A stretch of 64,000 nt of DNA from Raja brachyura. Lineage: Eukaryota. The notes under the pieces are model-generated. The model saw nothing but the letters and a program-made list of their open reading frames with translations, made no database searches and was not told the origin of the DNA. The stretch lies in NCBI GenBank assembly GCA_963514005.1, contig OY740790.1:29512001-29576000 (forward strand), given 5' to 3'. Positions 13,295 through 25,979 of this stretch are shown here, piece after piece (position 1 is the first letter of the stretch; every line of letters starts with the position of its first letter). The translations under genes were made by a program, and so were the position numbers.

Positions 13295-13640
13295 ACAGAT
13301 AATTCTTGGATAGTGGATGTGGACAGTAAGCTTCCACTCGTAGGAGAGTCTCGGACCAGAGATCACAGCCTCCGAATAAAAGCACATATCTTTAGAAAGG
13401 AGATAAGGAGGGATTCCTTGAATCAGAGGGTGGTGAATCTGTGGACAATAGACTGAGCAGACCAAGTCAATGACTATTTTTAAGGTGGAGATTGACAGAT
13501 TGTTGATTAGTAAGGGTGTCAGAGGTTATGGGAAAAAGATAGGAAAATGAGGTTGAAATGGAAAGATGGATTAGCCATAATTGAATGGCAGAATTGACTA
13601 GATGGGCCAAATGGCTTAATTCTGCTCCTATAACAAATGA
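13295..13640 (+). mobile_element. CR1 LINE 3' fragment
   Basis: LDSGC..LPLVGESRTRDHSL-like remnant, CAGAGGGTGGTGAATCTGTGGA and CR1 3' UTR. Confidence 0.75.
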
Positions 13641-13869
13641 ATTTATTCATTTATGAATTCTCAGGAGCAGAATCTTGCGTAACCTGGGGCTTCCTGTATA
13701 CGTTGGTGATCACTGATCTGCCATGATCTGACTAAATGGAATCTTGAAGGGTTAAATAGCCCATCGCTGCAGTTAGGTTATTAAATTTATTTAAAACTTT
13801 TAATTCATCAGCAATAACAGATGTAGAGCTATGTATTCTGTTGTGGGAATTATGCAAAACTATGACCCA

Positions 13870-14158
13870 GGTTCGCCCATCAGTCCACACTGACCATGGA
13901 TCACCTGTTCACACTCGCTCTTTGTTATCCCACTTCCTCATCTACTCCCAACATACTAGGCACAAAATTAACAGAGGCTAATTAAATCAAAACCTGAACA
14001 TCTTTGGAATGTGGCTGGAAACCAGAGTACCTGGTGGAAACCTACACGGTCACAGGGAGAATGTGCAAATCCCACACAGACACCGCCTGAGGTCAGGAGC
14101 GAACCTGGGTTTCTGGCGCTGTGAGGCAGCAGCTCCACCAGCTGCACCACTGTGCGGC
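13870..14158 (-). mobile_element. HE1-like SINE
   Basis: Reverse-complement match to the other SINE copies. Confidence 0.78.
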
Positions 14159-15438
14159 CCTTACTTATTTCTTCAAATTTCATCAACTGAAAGTTTTCTG
14201 TCAAGTTGTTGATGGGGCCTTTGCCCCTCATTTGTTCACAAAAGGCATTATGCAGCTGAACTCTCATATTCAAATAATAATGTACTTTAGAAAAAAAAAC
14301 CACAAAATACAATGGATATCGACAATCTGACTGAGCCAAGAAAATGTTGAAAGCATTGAGCAGGCCAGGTAAGATATGTGGCTGGAAGAAGTATTAGCAA
14401 TTCTTGCTAAGTGGTTTTTCATCAGAACTGGAAGATGCCAGAGATAAGACAAGTTTATGTTACAAGGCTAGTGCGGAGGGAAGGAGAGAATAAAGGACAT
14501 AATTTTAATGGAGTAGAATTCAAGGAGATTAAGAGGGATAGCGTGTGGTAATAGAAGAATCAAAAGCTGCAGGAGGGGGTGAAAATTGTTGTCCTCAAAT
14601 TCTTGTCTTAATGTGTTGCACTATGTTGTGTACAAAGGCTACAATGTGCTTGGTTGAATCATGTGCCATGCCTAAAATTTACATTGAGTCTCATAGGAAC
14701 AGTATAAATGATTGATGATTGGAGCTCAAAATGAGCGCACACATGTGGAATTAAGTGCGTCACAGGTAAACAGGATGTTGACAAAAGCTTTTGACGTGCT
14801 GGTCTTCAACATCCCAAAGACATGTTAGTTAGCTTGGAATCATAGAGTCATACAGCACAGAAAGAGACCTTTCTGCCCAACTTGTCCATGCCAACCAAAA
14901 TTTCCATCCAAGCTAGTCTCAAATTTATTTCTGCATGGAGGGATAATTGGGTGGAGCAGTGAGGCGGAGAGGTGGGGGTAGGATGAAGAGTGGTCGATAG
15001 GCACATAAGGGAGAACATTTGCAGATAAATAACAGGGATAATGGCAGTGATGGGAATCCTGCAAGAGCCAGTATAGATTAGACGGATTGAATTTCTTCCT
15101 ACTATGAATTTAGGTAATGTGGGAGTCATATCAATGTAACTCCTTCCGAGTCTTCCATCTGAATTAACCAATATGTTGCGTCAATAAAAGCAAAGGTACG
15201 AAAGGCATGTTGGATATAGTTTGATGCTTCACTGGAAATGTGAGGGCTGAGCCTAAATTCATGTTTAAATCGAGAATCAAGCATAAGCTCCATGAACTAC
15301 AGTCAGTGGCAATTCTTTGCCTGGTTTTAGTTTTTAGTTTTAGAGATACAGCAAGGAAACAATATGTTGAAAACTCTGGAGAAAACAGACAAGATTTTCT
15401 TTCAAAGCCAACTTTGATGAGTACACTGCATGACTGAC

Positions 15439-15588
15439 CTCTGGATTTATTTGTGAAACGCTTCCTCTGTCCACCAGAGGTGCTGCGTGGGAGAAGAGCT
15501 GTCTGTTGGTGGCTGATGTCCACAGGGCTGGTGGCGAGGAAGTTCTCTTTGTACTTATTCATGAGCGACAACTTTGTGGTATCACTTC
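15439..15588 (-). CDS. ASTN1: Internal coding exon of astrotactin-1 (cytoplasmic region; homologue of mammalian exon 4)
   Basis: Minus strand TTTTACCCCAACAG|GAAGT...TCCAGAG|GTCAGT; 150 nt, phase 1-1; (G)[49 protein letters not shown](G) matches recalled human ASTN1 [43 protein letters not shown]. Confidence 0.9.
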
Positions 15589-15984
15589 CTGTTGGGGTAA
15601 AAGAATAAAGTTATCACATTACATGTGTTACTTCTGAACATGTTTGGTTTAAAGTGAGAAGGAAATGATTTAATGGTAACCTGTGGAGCAACACTTTCAC
15701 ATAGAAGGTTGTGGTCGGTGGAATTAGCTGCCAGAGGAGGTAGTTGAACAGGTACTATAAGAGCATTTAAAATACATTTGGATAGGAAAGTTATTTAAAA
15801 TACATATATGGATAGGAAAAATTTAAATGCAGGCAGGTAGGACCAGCAGAGATGAGGCATCATTGTCGGCCTTGCCAAGTTGGAGCGAATAATCTGTTTC
15901 TGTGCTGTGTGACTAAGACTGTGTAGAAAGATTAAGTTTATTGGGCCAATGCTCATTGAAACTTGGATAATCAATGTGAAATAG

Positions 15985-16335
15985 ACATAGAAACATAGAA
16001 AATAGGGGCAGGAGTAGGCCATTCGGCCCTTCAAGCTAGCGCCACCGTTCTATATAATCATGGCTGATTATCCGGAATCAGTACCCCTTTCCTGTTTTCA
16101 CCCCATTTCCCTTGATTCCTTTAGCCCCAAGAGCTATATCTAACTCCCTCTGAAAAACATCCAGCGAATTGGCCCCCATTGCCTTCTGTGGCAGAAAATT
16201 CTACAGATTCACAACTGTCTGGCTGAAAATGGCCCACCCCTTAGTCTTAAGCTGTGACCGCTGGTTCTGGACTTCCTCAACATGGGGAGCATGTTTCTTG
16301 CATCTAGCCTGTCCAATCCCTTAAAAATGTTATAT
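15985..16335 (-). mobile_element. CR1 LINE 3' fragment
   Basis: ACATAGAAACATAGAAA tail, 3' UTR and GLDRLDA..MLPMLRKSRT remnant. Confidence 0.85.
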
Positions 16336-18179
16336 CACTGATTCTAGGAGAAATAATAGCAGAATGAAAGCCAAGAAGCAATTTCCTCCAGTTTAGGAAT
16401 CTGGGAGCAGGGAGAATGAACTCAGGATGAATGTTTAGTAATTTAGGACTAAGATGAATAGACATTTATTTGGCCAGAATCATTGGAAGGAAGGTTGTGA
16501 ATACTCAGTCACAGAGTATGTTCATGGCTGAGAATAATAGATTTTCATGAGATTAATTCATTGAAAGGGTACAAGGAGTTTCTGGGAAAGGATTGAGTCA
16601 GCCATGCCTCTCTGAACGTGTTCTTCCTATTGTACCAAAGGATCTAATCAAAAAAGATTTACCATTCCTGCCTTACTCTGCAATTACTCGACTAGCTTTT
16701 ATAATCTTATTCTCAGGCAGTTTACATGATGTGAAATCTATTTCACAGTATTTGACGCAAGAATCCGTAATGAAATTCCAATGCCTGGAATTAAAAAGTT
16801 AAAAAATGCAGTTGCTGCAAATATAAATAAAAACCAGTACATGCTGGAAACACTCAGCAGGTCAGGCAGCATATGTGGAGTGAGAAATAGAGTTAATATT
16901 TAATTTATCCCGAGACCATTTGTAATTTAGAGGGAACAACTTCTAAGCAGTGGGTATAAGCCCATTAGTGATTTAATTGTTCATCGTAAGACCACCCTGG
17001 GACATTTAGCTTATTGTAATTATGAGGGACTGCATGACCCATTCCTTCTCCAATTCAGAACATAGAACAGCACAGCACAGGATCGAACCCTTCGGCCCAT
17101 AATGTCTACACCAAACATGATGCAAGGTTAAAATGATATCTTCTAACTGCTCATGAGTCATATCTCTTTATTCCTTGCATTTCCATATGCTTATCTAACA
17201 GCCTCTTAATTACCATGATTGGATCTGCCTCCACCACCATCCCTGGCCATGCATTCCTGGCCACCACCACTCTCAGCGTAAAAAACGTGCCCAGCACATC
17301 TCCACTAAACTTTCAAAGGTAGACAAAAATGCTGGAGAAACTCAGCGGGTGCAGTAGCATCTAAGGAGCGAAGGAAATAGGCAATGTTTTGGGCCAAAAC
17401 CCTTCTTTCACTCTCTCACCTTAGAACTATGCCCTCCAGCATTGGACATTTTCACCCTCAGAAAAAGGGTGAAAATCCTATCTGTCTATCTATCCTATCT
17501 GTGCTTAACATAATTTTCCGATCTATCCAATCTATCCTATCTATGCTTAACATAATTTTATTTACTTCTATCAAGTCTCCCCTCAACCTTCGACATTCCA
17601 GATAAATCTGTTAAGTGTTATCGTACATTTACCTGTAGCTCATTGAAACTCACCCCAATCAATGTTATACCTTTGTTTACAAACTCAAGTAATATAATTT
17701 ATACTCTGAAACCTGAACTCGAGTGATATGTTGAGTGAACACAAACAGTTCTAGCATTGGCACACTAAAGGTTTGAAAACTTTCCAAAGATTCAAATGTC
17801 AAAGCTCAATAGTTTACCCAAGTCTAGCTCACAAGTGGGACCATTATCAAATCAGCAAAGCTGACCAAAATGATCCACGATTTAAAACTGGGAGTAAACA
17901 CAGCACAATTTTCACTAGTGTAATATCCACTGTAATATTAAAATGCAGAGTATACTGCATTAACTGCAAACCGAAAATGTCTCACATATACAAAACCATG
18001 ATGAGGAATATCATGGAATAAATCTGGATCCGTAATTTTGTACGTACCAGCAAGCTGTTCAAACATAATCAGACCATTTAATGCTCTTGCATGAATTCTC
18101 TCAAGCATACGACTGACCAATATACTGCTCACACTTTTAGCAACATTGGTTAAAAAGTGTAATAAAGAATCCTGGCTAC

Positions 18180-18425
18180 AGGTACTGGTTTGCACATTCT
18201 CCCCGTGACCTGCGAGGGTTTTCTCCGAGAACTTCGGTTTCCTCCCACGCTCTAAAGACATACAGGTTTATAGATTAATTGGCTTGGTATAAATGTAAAA
18301 TGAAAAAAATATTTATTTTTTTTAAATTAGCCCCGGTGTACGATCATCTTAATGTGCGGGGATCACTGCAGATTTAGTGGGCTGCAGGGCCCGTTTCCAT
18401 GCTGCATCTCTAAACTAAACTCAAA
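18180..18425 (+). mobile_element. HE1-like SINE, 5'-truncated
   Basis: TTCTCCCCGTGACCTGCG..GGTTTCCTCCCAC..CTAAACTAAAC. Confidence 0.75.
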
Positions 18426-18539
18426 CCCTACAAGCGTACATCTGTAAAGGTCTGTTAATCGAAGAGCTTGTTTTTAGTACTTTTCCTGAACAATATAAAT
18501 GTATCTCATACTATAAGCAGGAAGGTCTAGACTCACCCC

Positions 18540-18850
18540 AGACACTCCGTCTTCTCCCCTCTCAGGCAAGTGGTACAGAATTGTGAAAACACATACCTCC
18601 AGATTCAGGGAATCTTTACAGTTGTAATCTGGTAACTGAGCCATTCTATGAACAGCTAGGGAATGGTATACATATTTGGAGACCCTTGAACTAACTTTAA
18701 TCAGACTTTCATGGACTTTACATTGCACTAAACCAGATATATATACACACTGTGGATGGCTTGATTGTAATCATGTATGGTCTTTCCACTAACTGGATAG
18801 CAGACAACAAAAAAGCTTAATAAACTTGACAATAACATATTAAACTAAAT
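18540..18850 (+). mobile_element. Rex1/Babar-type LINE 3' end
   Basis: TCAGGCAAGTGGTACAGAATTGTGAAAACACATACCTCCAGATTCAGGG (SGK.YR..KTHTSRFR) plus 3' UTR. Confidence 0.55.
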
Positions 18851-19088
18851 TAACTTGTGAACTAGATTGGTGAAACTTCATTTGCACTGTTACTTCAGTT
18901 CGATCAGAACAGGCACGTGCCATGAGTAATTACTCAGGGAAGGCAGTCAGTGAGCTTTAAACAATCTTAAACCACGCATGCGCAGATTGTTCCCTCCGTA
19001 AGCTGTCAGTCGACTTTTATAAAGTCTTCAAAAGTCAAATTTCTTAAAGTACCGTATTTCCTGGCAATGAAAACACCCCTCCATTTTC

Positions 19089-20386
19089 CTATTTATTTAT
19101 TTATTTATTTAAATTGTTATTAAAAGCAGTGTACAAAAGTATAAACCATGGTATATGACATAATACATTTATTGTACCGCTCCCATTTTCATTTTAACAA
19201 AGAAGAAATAGAAAAAGAGAGAAAGATCAAGAAAGAAAGAAAGTGAAAAAAGTGAATGTGTAAGAATAGAACCCCTAAATTACCAAATGAGTGTAATCAA
19301 AGCGTAAGCAAAAACTTAAGAAAAATAAAAAGACAAAGATGGAAAAAAAGGAAAAAAAAACGTGTTGATATACCTGTTTCATTTCTCACCACACCCATCA
19401 TCCAGTCCGTAAATCGGTTTAATTCCAAAATTTAGTTGCACCACACTATCCTTGCAATGAATCAATGAAAGGAGACCATATCTTTGAAAATTTCTCTGAT
19501 TTTCCTGTTCATATCTCATATGAGACTTTTCAAGATATGAGATATCTCATATGATATCTCAGATATCTCATCTCATATGAGATATGAGACTTTTCGCCAT
19601 TGGATTAAATTGCATGAATTGGATTAAAATGTGTCTGCCATTAATCGAACAATTATGTATATATAAGAGATATTTTTCCCCATCTGTCTTTGGAGATTTT
19701 TGGGCAAAATTCCTCTTCCAATTCTCTTCTAATTACGTCTGACAAGGGAATTTCTATGTTTAGAAGGATGTTGTACAAGTATGATATTAGATTGTTTGTG
19801 TCAGCCGTTTCTATTCATATTCGTCTAATATGTCTGGCAGCAGAGTTTGATAATTGTGGGTACATGTTTTAAAATAATCTCGAATTTGAAGATATCTAAA
19901 ATATTGATTACCTTTCAGATTGTATTTCAACTGTAATTTCTGAAATGATAGGAGGATTCCCATCTCGTACAAATCTACAACCTTTTTAATTACTAGTCTT
20001 TCCCAATAAATAAATGTTTTATCGAAAACATCTGATTTATCTGAACGACGGGTTATAAGCTATTGGAGAAAGAAGAGATAGATTTTTTAGTTTAAAAGTA
20101 GATTTTACTCATCATCAAATTCGTAAAGTGCTGTGAATAATCGAATTTTTCTCATATATTGTATTCTTCAACTTTATTGGGGAGAGGAGGATCATGACTA
20201 TATTAAAAGGCGAGCAATCCTCTCTCTCCATTACTAACCAGTCTACCTGTTGGCATGCGTTATCCAACCAGTAAATTAGATTTTTAATATTCGCTGCCCA
20301 TTAGTAGTATAAGAAATTGGGGAGCGCCAATCCACCCATTTCTATGGGTTTACATAGATGTCGTTTATGAATTCTATGTGATTTAT
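19089..20386 (-). mobile_element. L1-clade LINE ORF2 3' fragment with internal deletion
   Basis: Minus strand YKSHRIHKRHLCKPIEMGGLALPNFLYY*WAANIK (~20386-20281) and C-terminal FSKIWSPFI (~19490); T-rich 3' UTR and (AAAT)n tail at ~19090. Confidence 0.85.
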
Positions 20387-23300
20387 AATAGTAAGATTAA
20401 ACAAGAACTTACCAGTTTGAAGTTTGATCTTTATTTTATGAGGAGTTGCGATGAGGGATTTCGTGAAGACCCCGCCAGCACGCATGCGCGACATTCTTCA
20501 AAGCAGCAGTGTGGAATCTCAGATCATAAGACTAAAGAAAGTAAGATTAAAACTTGACTACACCAGTTGAACTTATGATAGAGGGCTGGGAGCGAAGGGC
20601 ACAAAATCCCTCATCGCAACTCCTCATAAAATAAAGATCAAACTTCAAACTGGTAGGTTCTTGTTTAATCTTACTATTTTAGTTCGGAGTCATGTGAGTG
20701 ACTTCGTGAAGATTTCAAAGCTCTGTGATTTCACGCCCTGGACAACGTCCATGCTGTCACACTGCCACAATACTTATGGAGGAAATTTGTTAATACATTC
20801 CAGACTGGACAGGCTGAAAAGTAAATGAATATTTATTAACACAAATAATAAAAAAAAAACTAACTCGGGGACAAATGAAATTACAGAGCAGCTCTCAGCA
20901 CAGCTTCCGCAAACGTTGCGGGGGTGGCCACTGGCTTGTTGTAGACCGCTGAAAAGTGGTTTCACTGGCCCATCCCACGGTAGCGAGGACATGATCCATG
21001 GGCACCTCCATGGTCCTCGCCGCTGATGTGGACGCAGCCCTGGTAGAATGAGATTTTAAAATGTTAGCATCTATACCTGCTGCATCCAACACCTCCCTGA
21101 GCCACCTGGCGATAGTCTGCGCAGTCACCCGGTGATGTGGTTTATTATGGCTGATGAGTAGTCCCTGCTCCATCTTCCTAATGGTACGTGTATTCTTGAT
21201 ATAATATCGAAGATGGGTGACTATGCAGAGGGTGACGTCAGTGGGATACGCCAGGAGTTCCAGCTGCACCCCTGCAGATCCTGGCCTATGCTGCTTAAGG
21301 AACTCTTCGATAAGAAGATAAGAGGGGTAGAGACCACCCTGTCGAGACGCAGTTTTTGTAAGGTCTGCACCCACTGTGCCGTTGTTAGTGCCATCAACAT
21401 TACCACTTTGAGGGCGAGTCTAGTAAGCGGTAAACCTGTCATGGGAGACCAGCTTCTCAGTAGGGTCAACACTACCCCAACATCCCATGTGATGATATAT
21501 CTGGGTCGTGGAGGGTTGGTATTAAACACTCCCTTCATAAATTTAGACACCAGCTGGTTTGACCCCACACCTATGTTAAGGTATGAGGATAGTGCGCTCC
21601 TTGCGCTATTGATGGCACTGTAGCTGAGACCCTCATCATAATGAAGGCCCGCCAGTCATTCCAGGACATCAGGAATCATAGCAGTTGTATGTCGTGTTAG
21701 TCCGTGTGCAGTAGGATTCCCATTTCCTGACCTGGGTGAGATACTGCTTCCTTGTAGATACTCTGCACAATGCTGTGATTAGATCCATGGCCCTCGGTGA
21801 TATACCAGCCTCCAGAAGTGGTCTCCTTAGAACCTGCAAGCCAACAGGTTTAAGTGACCATGACATGGATGAATTTCCCCAGTAATGGGGTTAGTGACCA
21901 AATTAGGGCTTTTCAAAATTTGACCCCATGGAATTTTTACCATCTGGAGGACCATCGGGTACCATGGTTGAGTAGGCCAGTCGGGTATAATCAGTATACC
22001 TGAAGCAGCATCCAACTTGATTTTCTGCAATACCCGACTGATGAGGCAGAATGGGGGAAATTAGTAGCAGAACCATTTCTCCCAATGGAGAGAAAATGCA
22101 TCCATTGCTACTGCCCCAGGGTCTGGTTCCCAAGAAACATATGTTGATATCTGATAGTTCAACCTAGACGCAAAAAGGTCAATATCTGGTATACCGAACT
22201 TAGCTATTATTTCAGCAAATATTTGGGGATTCAACATCCACTCGATGTTATCATTAAATACTCGTGACCTGGTTCCGCCATTGTATTAAGCTTCCCTGGA
22301 AGATAGGTTGCTGATATCCAAATATTCCTTTCAATACACCAGAGCCAAATTGTGTTAACTAATTCATCACAAGATACCTGATACCACCGATATGATGTAT
22401 GTAGGCTACCACCGTGGTATTATCTATTTGAAGACGGACATGTATATGATGTAAGTTTGTGAAATATCCCCGTAGCCCATGGAAAACTCCTAGCATCTCC
22501 AAATAGTTTATCCCTTGTGACTGTAGAAGAGTAAACTCATGAGCATCCGATGTGCCACCACAACTGGACACGGTGTCAGTCACTCACTAACCTTGGGCAC
22601 TTGCGTCGGTTTGTAATACGACTGATGGGTTGGAGACAATGATGGGTTTATAACAGTCTCTAATATTGTTAGTCCACCATCTTAGCTCAATTTATGCCTT
22701 GATCGGCAGCTGCATAGGTCTGTCAAAATGTCAGCGTTAAAATCGAATGCTGGACATTTTTGCTCTTTGTAAATTTTGATAATGTAATGGTCCAAATTGT
22801 GCAGCTGGAAATGTAGCTACAAGTTTCCAAATTACCTTAGCAGCATGTCTAATAGTCAGCACCCTAGCGCAAGCAAGGCTGTTGCATGAATCTTGAATAT
22901 AAGCTAATTTACCAGCTGGGATAGTGACAATCATCTGATTGGTGTTAATAGTGAAACCCAGATAATCCATGACCTGCTACGGATTGAATTTAGATTTGTC
23001 TGGATGGATGACAAACCCTAACTTCTCAAATAATGATATGGTAGCTGCAACTGCCAGCTGAGCCAATTCTAAAGTTTTCCCCACTATTAATATATCGTCC
23101 AAATATGCCATGACGATATGAATTTGCACTCGCTGATATGCGAGGCACATTAGCTTGTACCTTTTTCCCACCAGCCCTGACTTTGGGTGATGGTGGGATG
23201 AAGTCAGGGTCTACACGGCCCTGCTCCTGTGCGGAGTCCCATCCAGCTTGAAGTGGAGGCGAGTCGGTCCCTACCGACTCCATAGGGCTCACCGACTTCC

Positions 23301-23537
23301 GCATCTTTTTCCCCGGCCGTAACACGGGTGCTGCCGGTGTTTCGGGCAGCTCCGAGGACGTTGGCCGCTGTCTGCGACTTTTGGAAAGTTTACCTTTCCC
23401 CTCCATCATCCTGTAATATCAAAATATCACAGAGAACCAGCTCAAGGTTAGTTAACTTACCTTCATCCGTCTTTTTGAAGGAGCTGTTGTGGAAGTGCAC
23501 TCGCCCCCCAGCATGCCGTTAGCAAATGCAAGCGACA
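20387..23537 (-). mobile_element. DIRS1-like retrotransposon, copy 2 (about 2.15 kb internal deletion; left ITR lost)
   Basis: Minus ORFs: gag start MMEGKGK, YLDD, IDNTTVVAYI, MT region and YR HSTRAAS; ICR and 3' terminus at 20390-20720, ending CTTACT|ATT inside the L1. Confidence 0.95.
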
Positions 23538-23574
23538 ATCTGAACCATTAAATTATAACCCAAATTCATGTTAT

Positions 23575-24143
23575 GGGAGTAGAATTAGGCTATTCAGCCC
23601 CATTGAGCACTCCACCATTCAATCATGGCTGATCTTTGCCTCCAAATCCCATTTTCCTGCCTTCTCCCCATAACCCTTGACACCTGTTCTAATCAAAAAT
23701 TTGTCTATCTCTGCCTTAAAAATATCCACTGACTTGGCCTCCACAGCACTGAGTTCAACAAATGAACCACCCTCTGACTAAAGAAGTTCCTCCTCACCTC
23801 TTTTGTCAAAGAGCGCCCTTTCAATCTGAGGCAATAACCTCTGGTCCTGGAGTCTCCCACCAGGGGAAACATCGTTCCCACATCCACCCTATCTATGCCT
23901 TTCATTATTCTGTAAGTTTCAATGAGGTCCCCCCCCTCAACCTTGTAAAGTCCAGCGAGTAGAGGCCCAGTGCTGTCAAACGCTCATCATATGCTAACCC
24001 ACTCATTCCTGGAATCACTCTTGTAAACCTCCTCTGGACCCTTTCCAGAGGCAGCACATCCTTCCTCAGATATGGGGCCCAAATTCGCTCACAGTCCTCC
24101 AAATGCAGCCTGACTGGCACCTTACAGAACCTCGGCATTACAT
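23575..24143 (-). mobile_element. CR1 LINE 3' fragment
   Basis: ORFs 23905-24138 (LERVQRRFTR, LGLYSL) and 23705-23905 (SRTRG, FFSQRVV). Confidence 0.9.
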
Positions 24144-24469
24144 CTCTTTAACCCTTTCAGCAAATTTTGCAAACACAGCAATCGGCACACAACACAATCT
24201 ATAATCGACACTTATCAGCAGACATCGCCAGTATTTGGCAATATTTAATCATTATCATGGGTGATAATTCAAGGTGATTCATAAACACTAATAACGCGTG
24301 GATTAAGTTGCTCGATAGCCAACTCAGATTTCGCACTCCCACAATCTTCATTAATTGATATCCACCCCACCCCCCAAATTTGTAACAGAAATTAGCTCAA
24401 ACCGTATTATCATTTGGTTAAACATGAAGGTTCCCGGAAAGAAAGGGGTGGCAAACAAGTCATTAATAT

Positions 24470-24600
24470 CTCGGCTACCAACTCTCACGTATTGAGCGTG
24501 AGACTCACGCATTTCGCACAATTCTCATGCTGATCACAGAATTTCCCACGCTCAAAAACAAAATTAAAAAATAAAATTTAAAAAAGTCACGAACAATTCA
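24470..24600 (+). mobile_element. Probable left end of a hAT-type MITE
   Basis: GGCTACCAACTCTCACGTATTGAGCGTGAGACTCACGC resembles CAGGGCTGCCAAC-type hAT termini. Confidence 0.45.
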
Positions 24601-25471
24601 ATTCGCCTAGGCTTCCAGATCTCCTCCACACTCACCAATGAGAATAGTTTTATGTTGGTGGGTTCTCCATGAAGAACAAGCAATTTGATTGTCTTAAGCC
24701 CATCTCACACTATTAATATGCATAAGCTTGACCTTCCACAGGAGCGTGATGAGGATGCTGCTTTACAGCTTGCAACTTAAACAGTTTTGCTTCCATCCCA
24801 CGAGTAAAGTAGGATGCAAATATATTCCTGATATCACCGGCCACATTACGTGTTGCGATACATAAGGACAATGCTATGTTTTGCATGCAGTGGAAATGTA
24901 ATTCATAACCTGGTCTGGGCTCAACTTGGCCGAGTCACTCCAGAATCTGTGTCCTTTTGTGTATTACTCAGTTCCTTGTTTCTACAGTTTGACTTCTCTA
25001 TTTTTGCAGCAATAACTTATGCAAACTTCTGGGGGAATTCAGTGGTAGTTTGCTCAGATTGAGAGGGACATTAACCTTGACACATTCAGCGATCAGCTCC
25101 AGTGCATCAAAATAAACTTGGTCATTAGTCCAGTGATTACATTTTTCAAGATTTACTTCTTACAGTACTGGAAGATGTGACATACCATGAGTAAATATTG
25201 AGCCAAAGTGTAGCCAGTATTTTCTCTGCGAGGTTGTGGACCAGATGGAATGAATCTTTTTTTCATTTTATTAATTCCCAAAAGAAGTGAAGCAGCAGCA
25301 GAACTTATTTAGTGGTGTAAAAGCTGCCTTAAATGATGTAGCTTCAGTAATTGCCGCATTAATACCAGAGTCTATGTGTGTTGCATTTAGTATTTGCTGT
25401 TGTCATGATGGAACATAGAACACAAATAAATACTCTCCCTCTCTCCTGAAAAGAAAAAAAAGAAAAACAAC

Positions 25472-25693
25472 GGGGCGCCACTGCGGTGCAGTGGCAGAGT
25501 GGCTGCCTTACAGCACCAGAGACCCGGGTTCGATCCGGACTATGGATGATGTCTGTACAGAGTATGTACATGTTTTCTCCGGGCACTCCGGTTTTCTCCC
25601 ACACTCAAAAGACGTGCAGGTTTGTAGGTTAATTGGCTTCGGTAAAAATTGTACATTGTCCCCAGTGTGTAGTATAGTGCTAGTGTACGGGGT
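25472..25693 (+). mobile_element. HE1-like SINE
   Basis: GCCTTACAGCACCAGAGACCCGGGTTCGATCC head and conserved core. Confidence 0.8.
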
Positions 25694-25771
25694 GTTTCTC
25701 TCCCATCTTCAACACCCAGCCTCTCACGTTGTTCTTTTCACTCTGCTCTGACCAAAAATCTTATCTTAAAG

Positions 25772-25948
25772 CACACAAGGCTCTGGAGTAACTCAGTGGG
25801 TCAGACAGCATCCCTGGAGAACATGGATATGTCATGTCTCAGGTCAGGACCCTTCATCAGTCTGAAGGGCCCACACCTGAAATGGCACCTATCCATATTC
25901 TCCAGGGATACTGCATGACCCACTGTGTTACTCCAGAGCTTTGTGTGC
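25772..25948. mobile_element. Palindromic Penelope pLTR-derived element
   Basis: Inverted arms centred on CTTCATCAGTCTGAAG; degenerate hammerhead boxes on both strands. Confidence 0.75.
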
Positions 25949-25979
25949 TTCCTTGCAAACTAGCATCTGGTTTCTAGTC

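Noticed and set aside
15164-15438. Extension of ORF 15164-15571 as ASTN1 coding sequence
   Set aside because: Similarity stops at the GTCAGT donor; the rest is intron read-through
23120-23130. DIRS copy 2 deletion as a retrotransposed splice product
   Set aside because: The deleted segment starts CT and ends AC on the sense strand, not GT-AG
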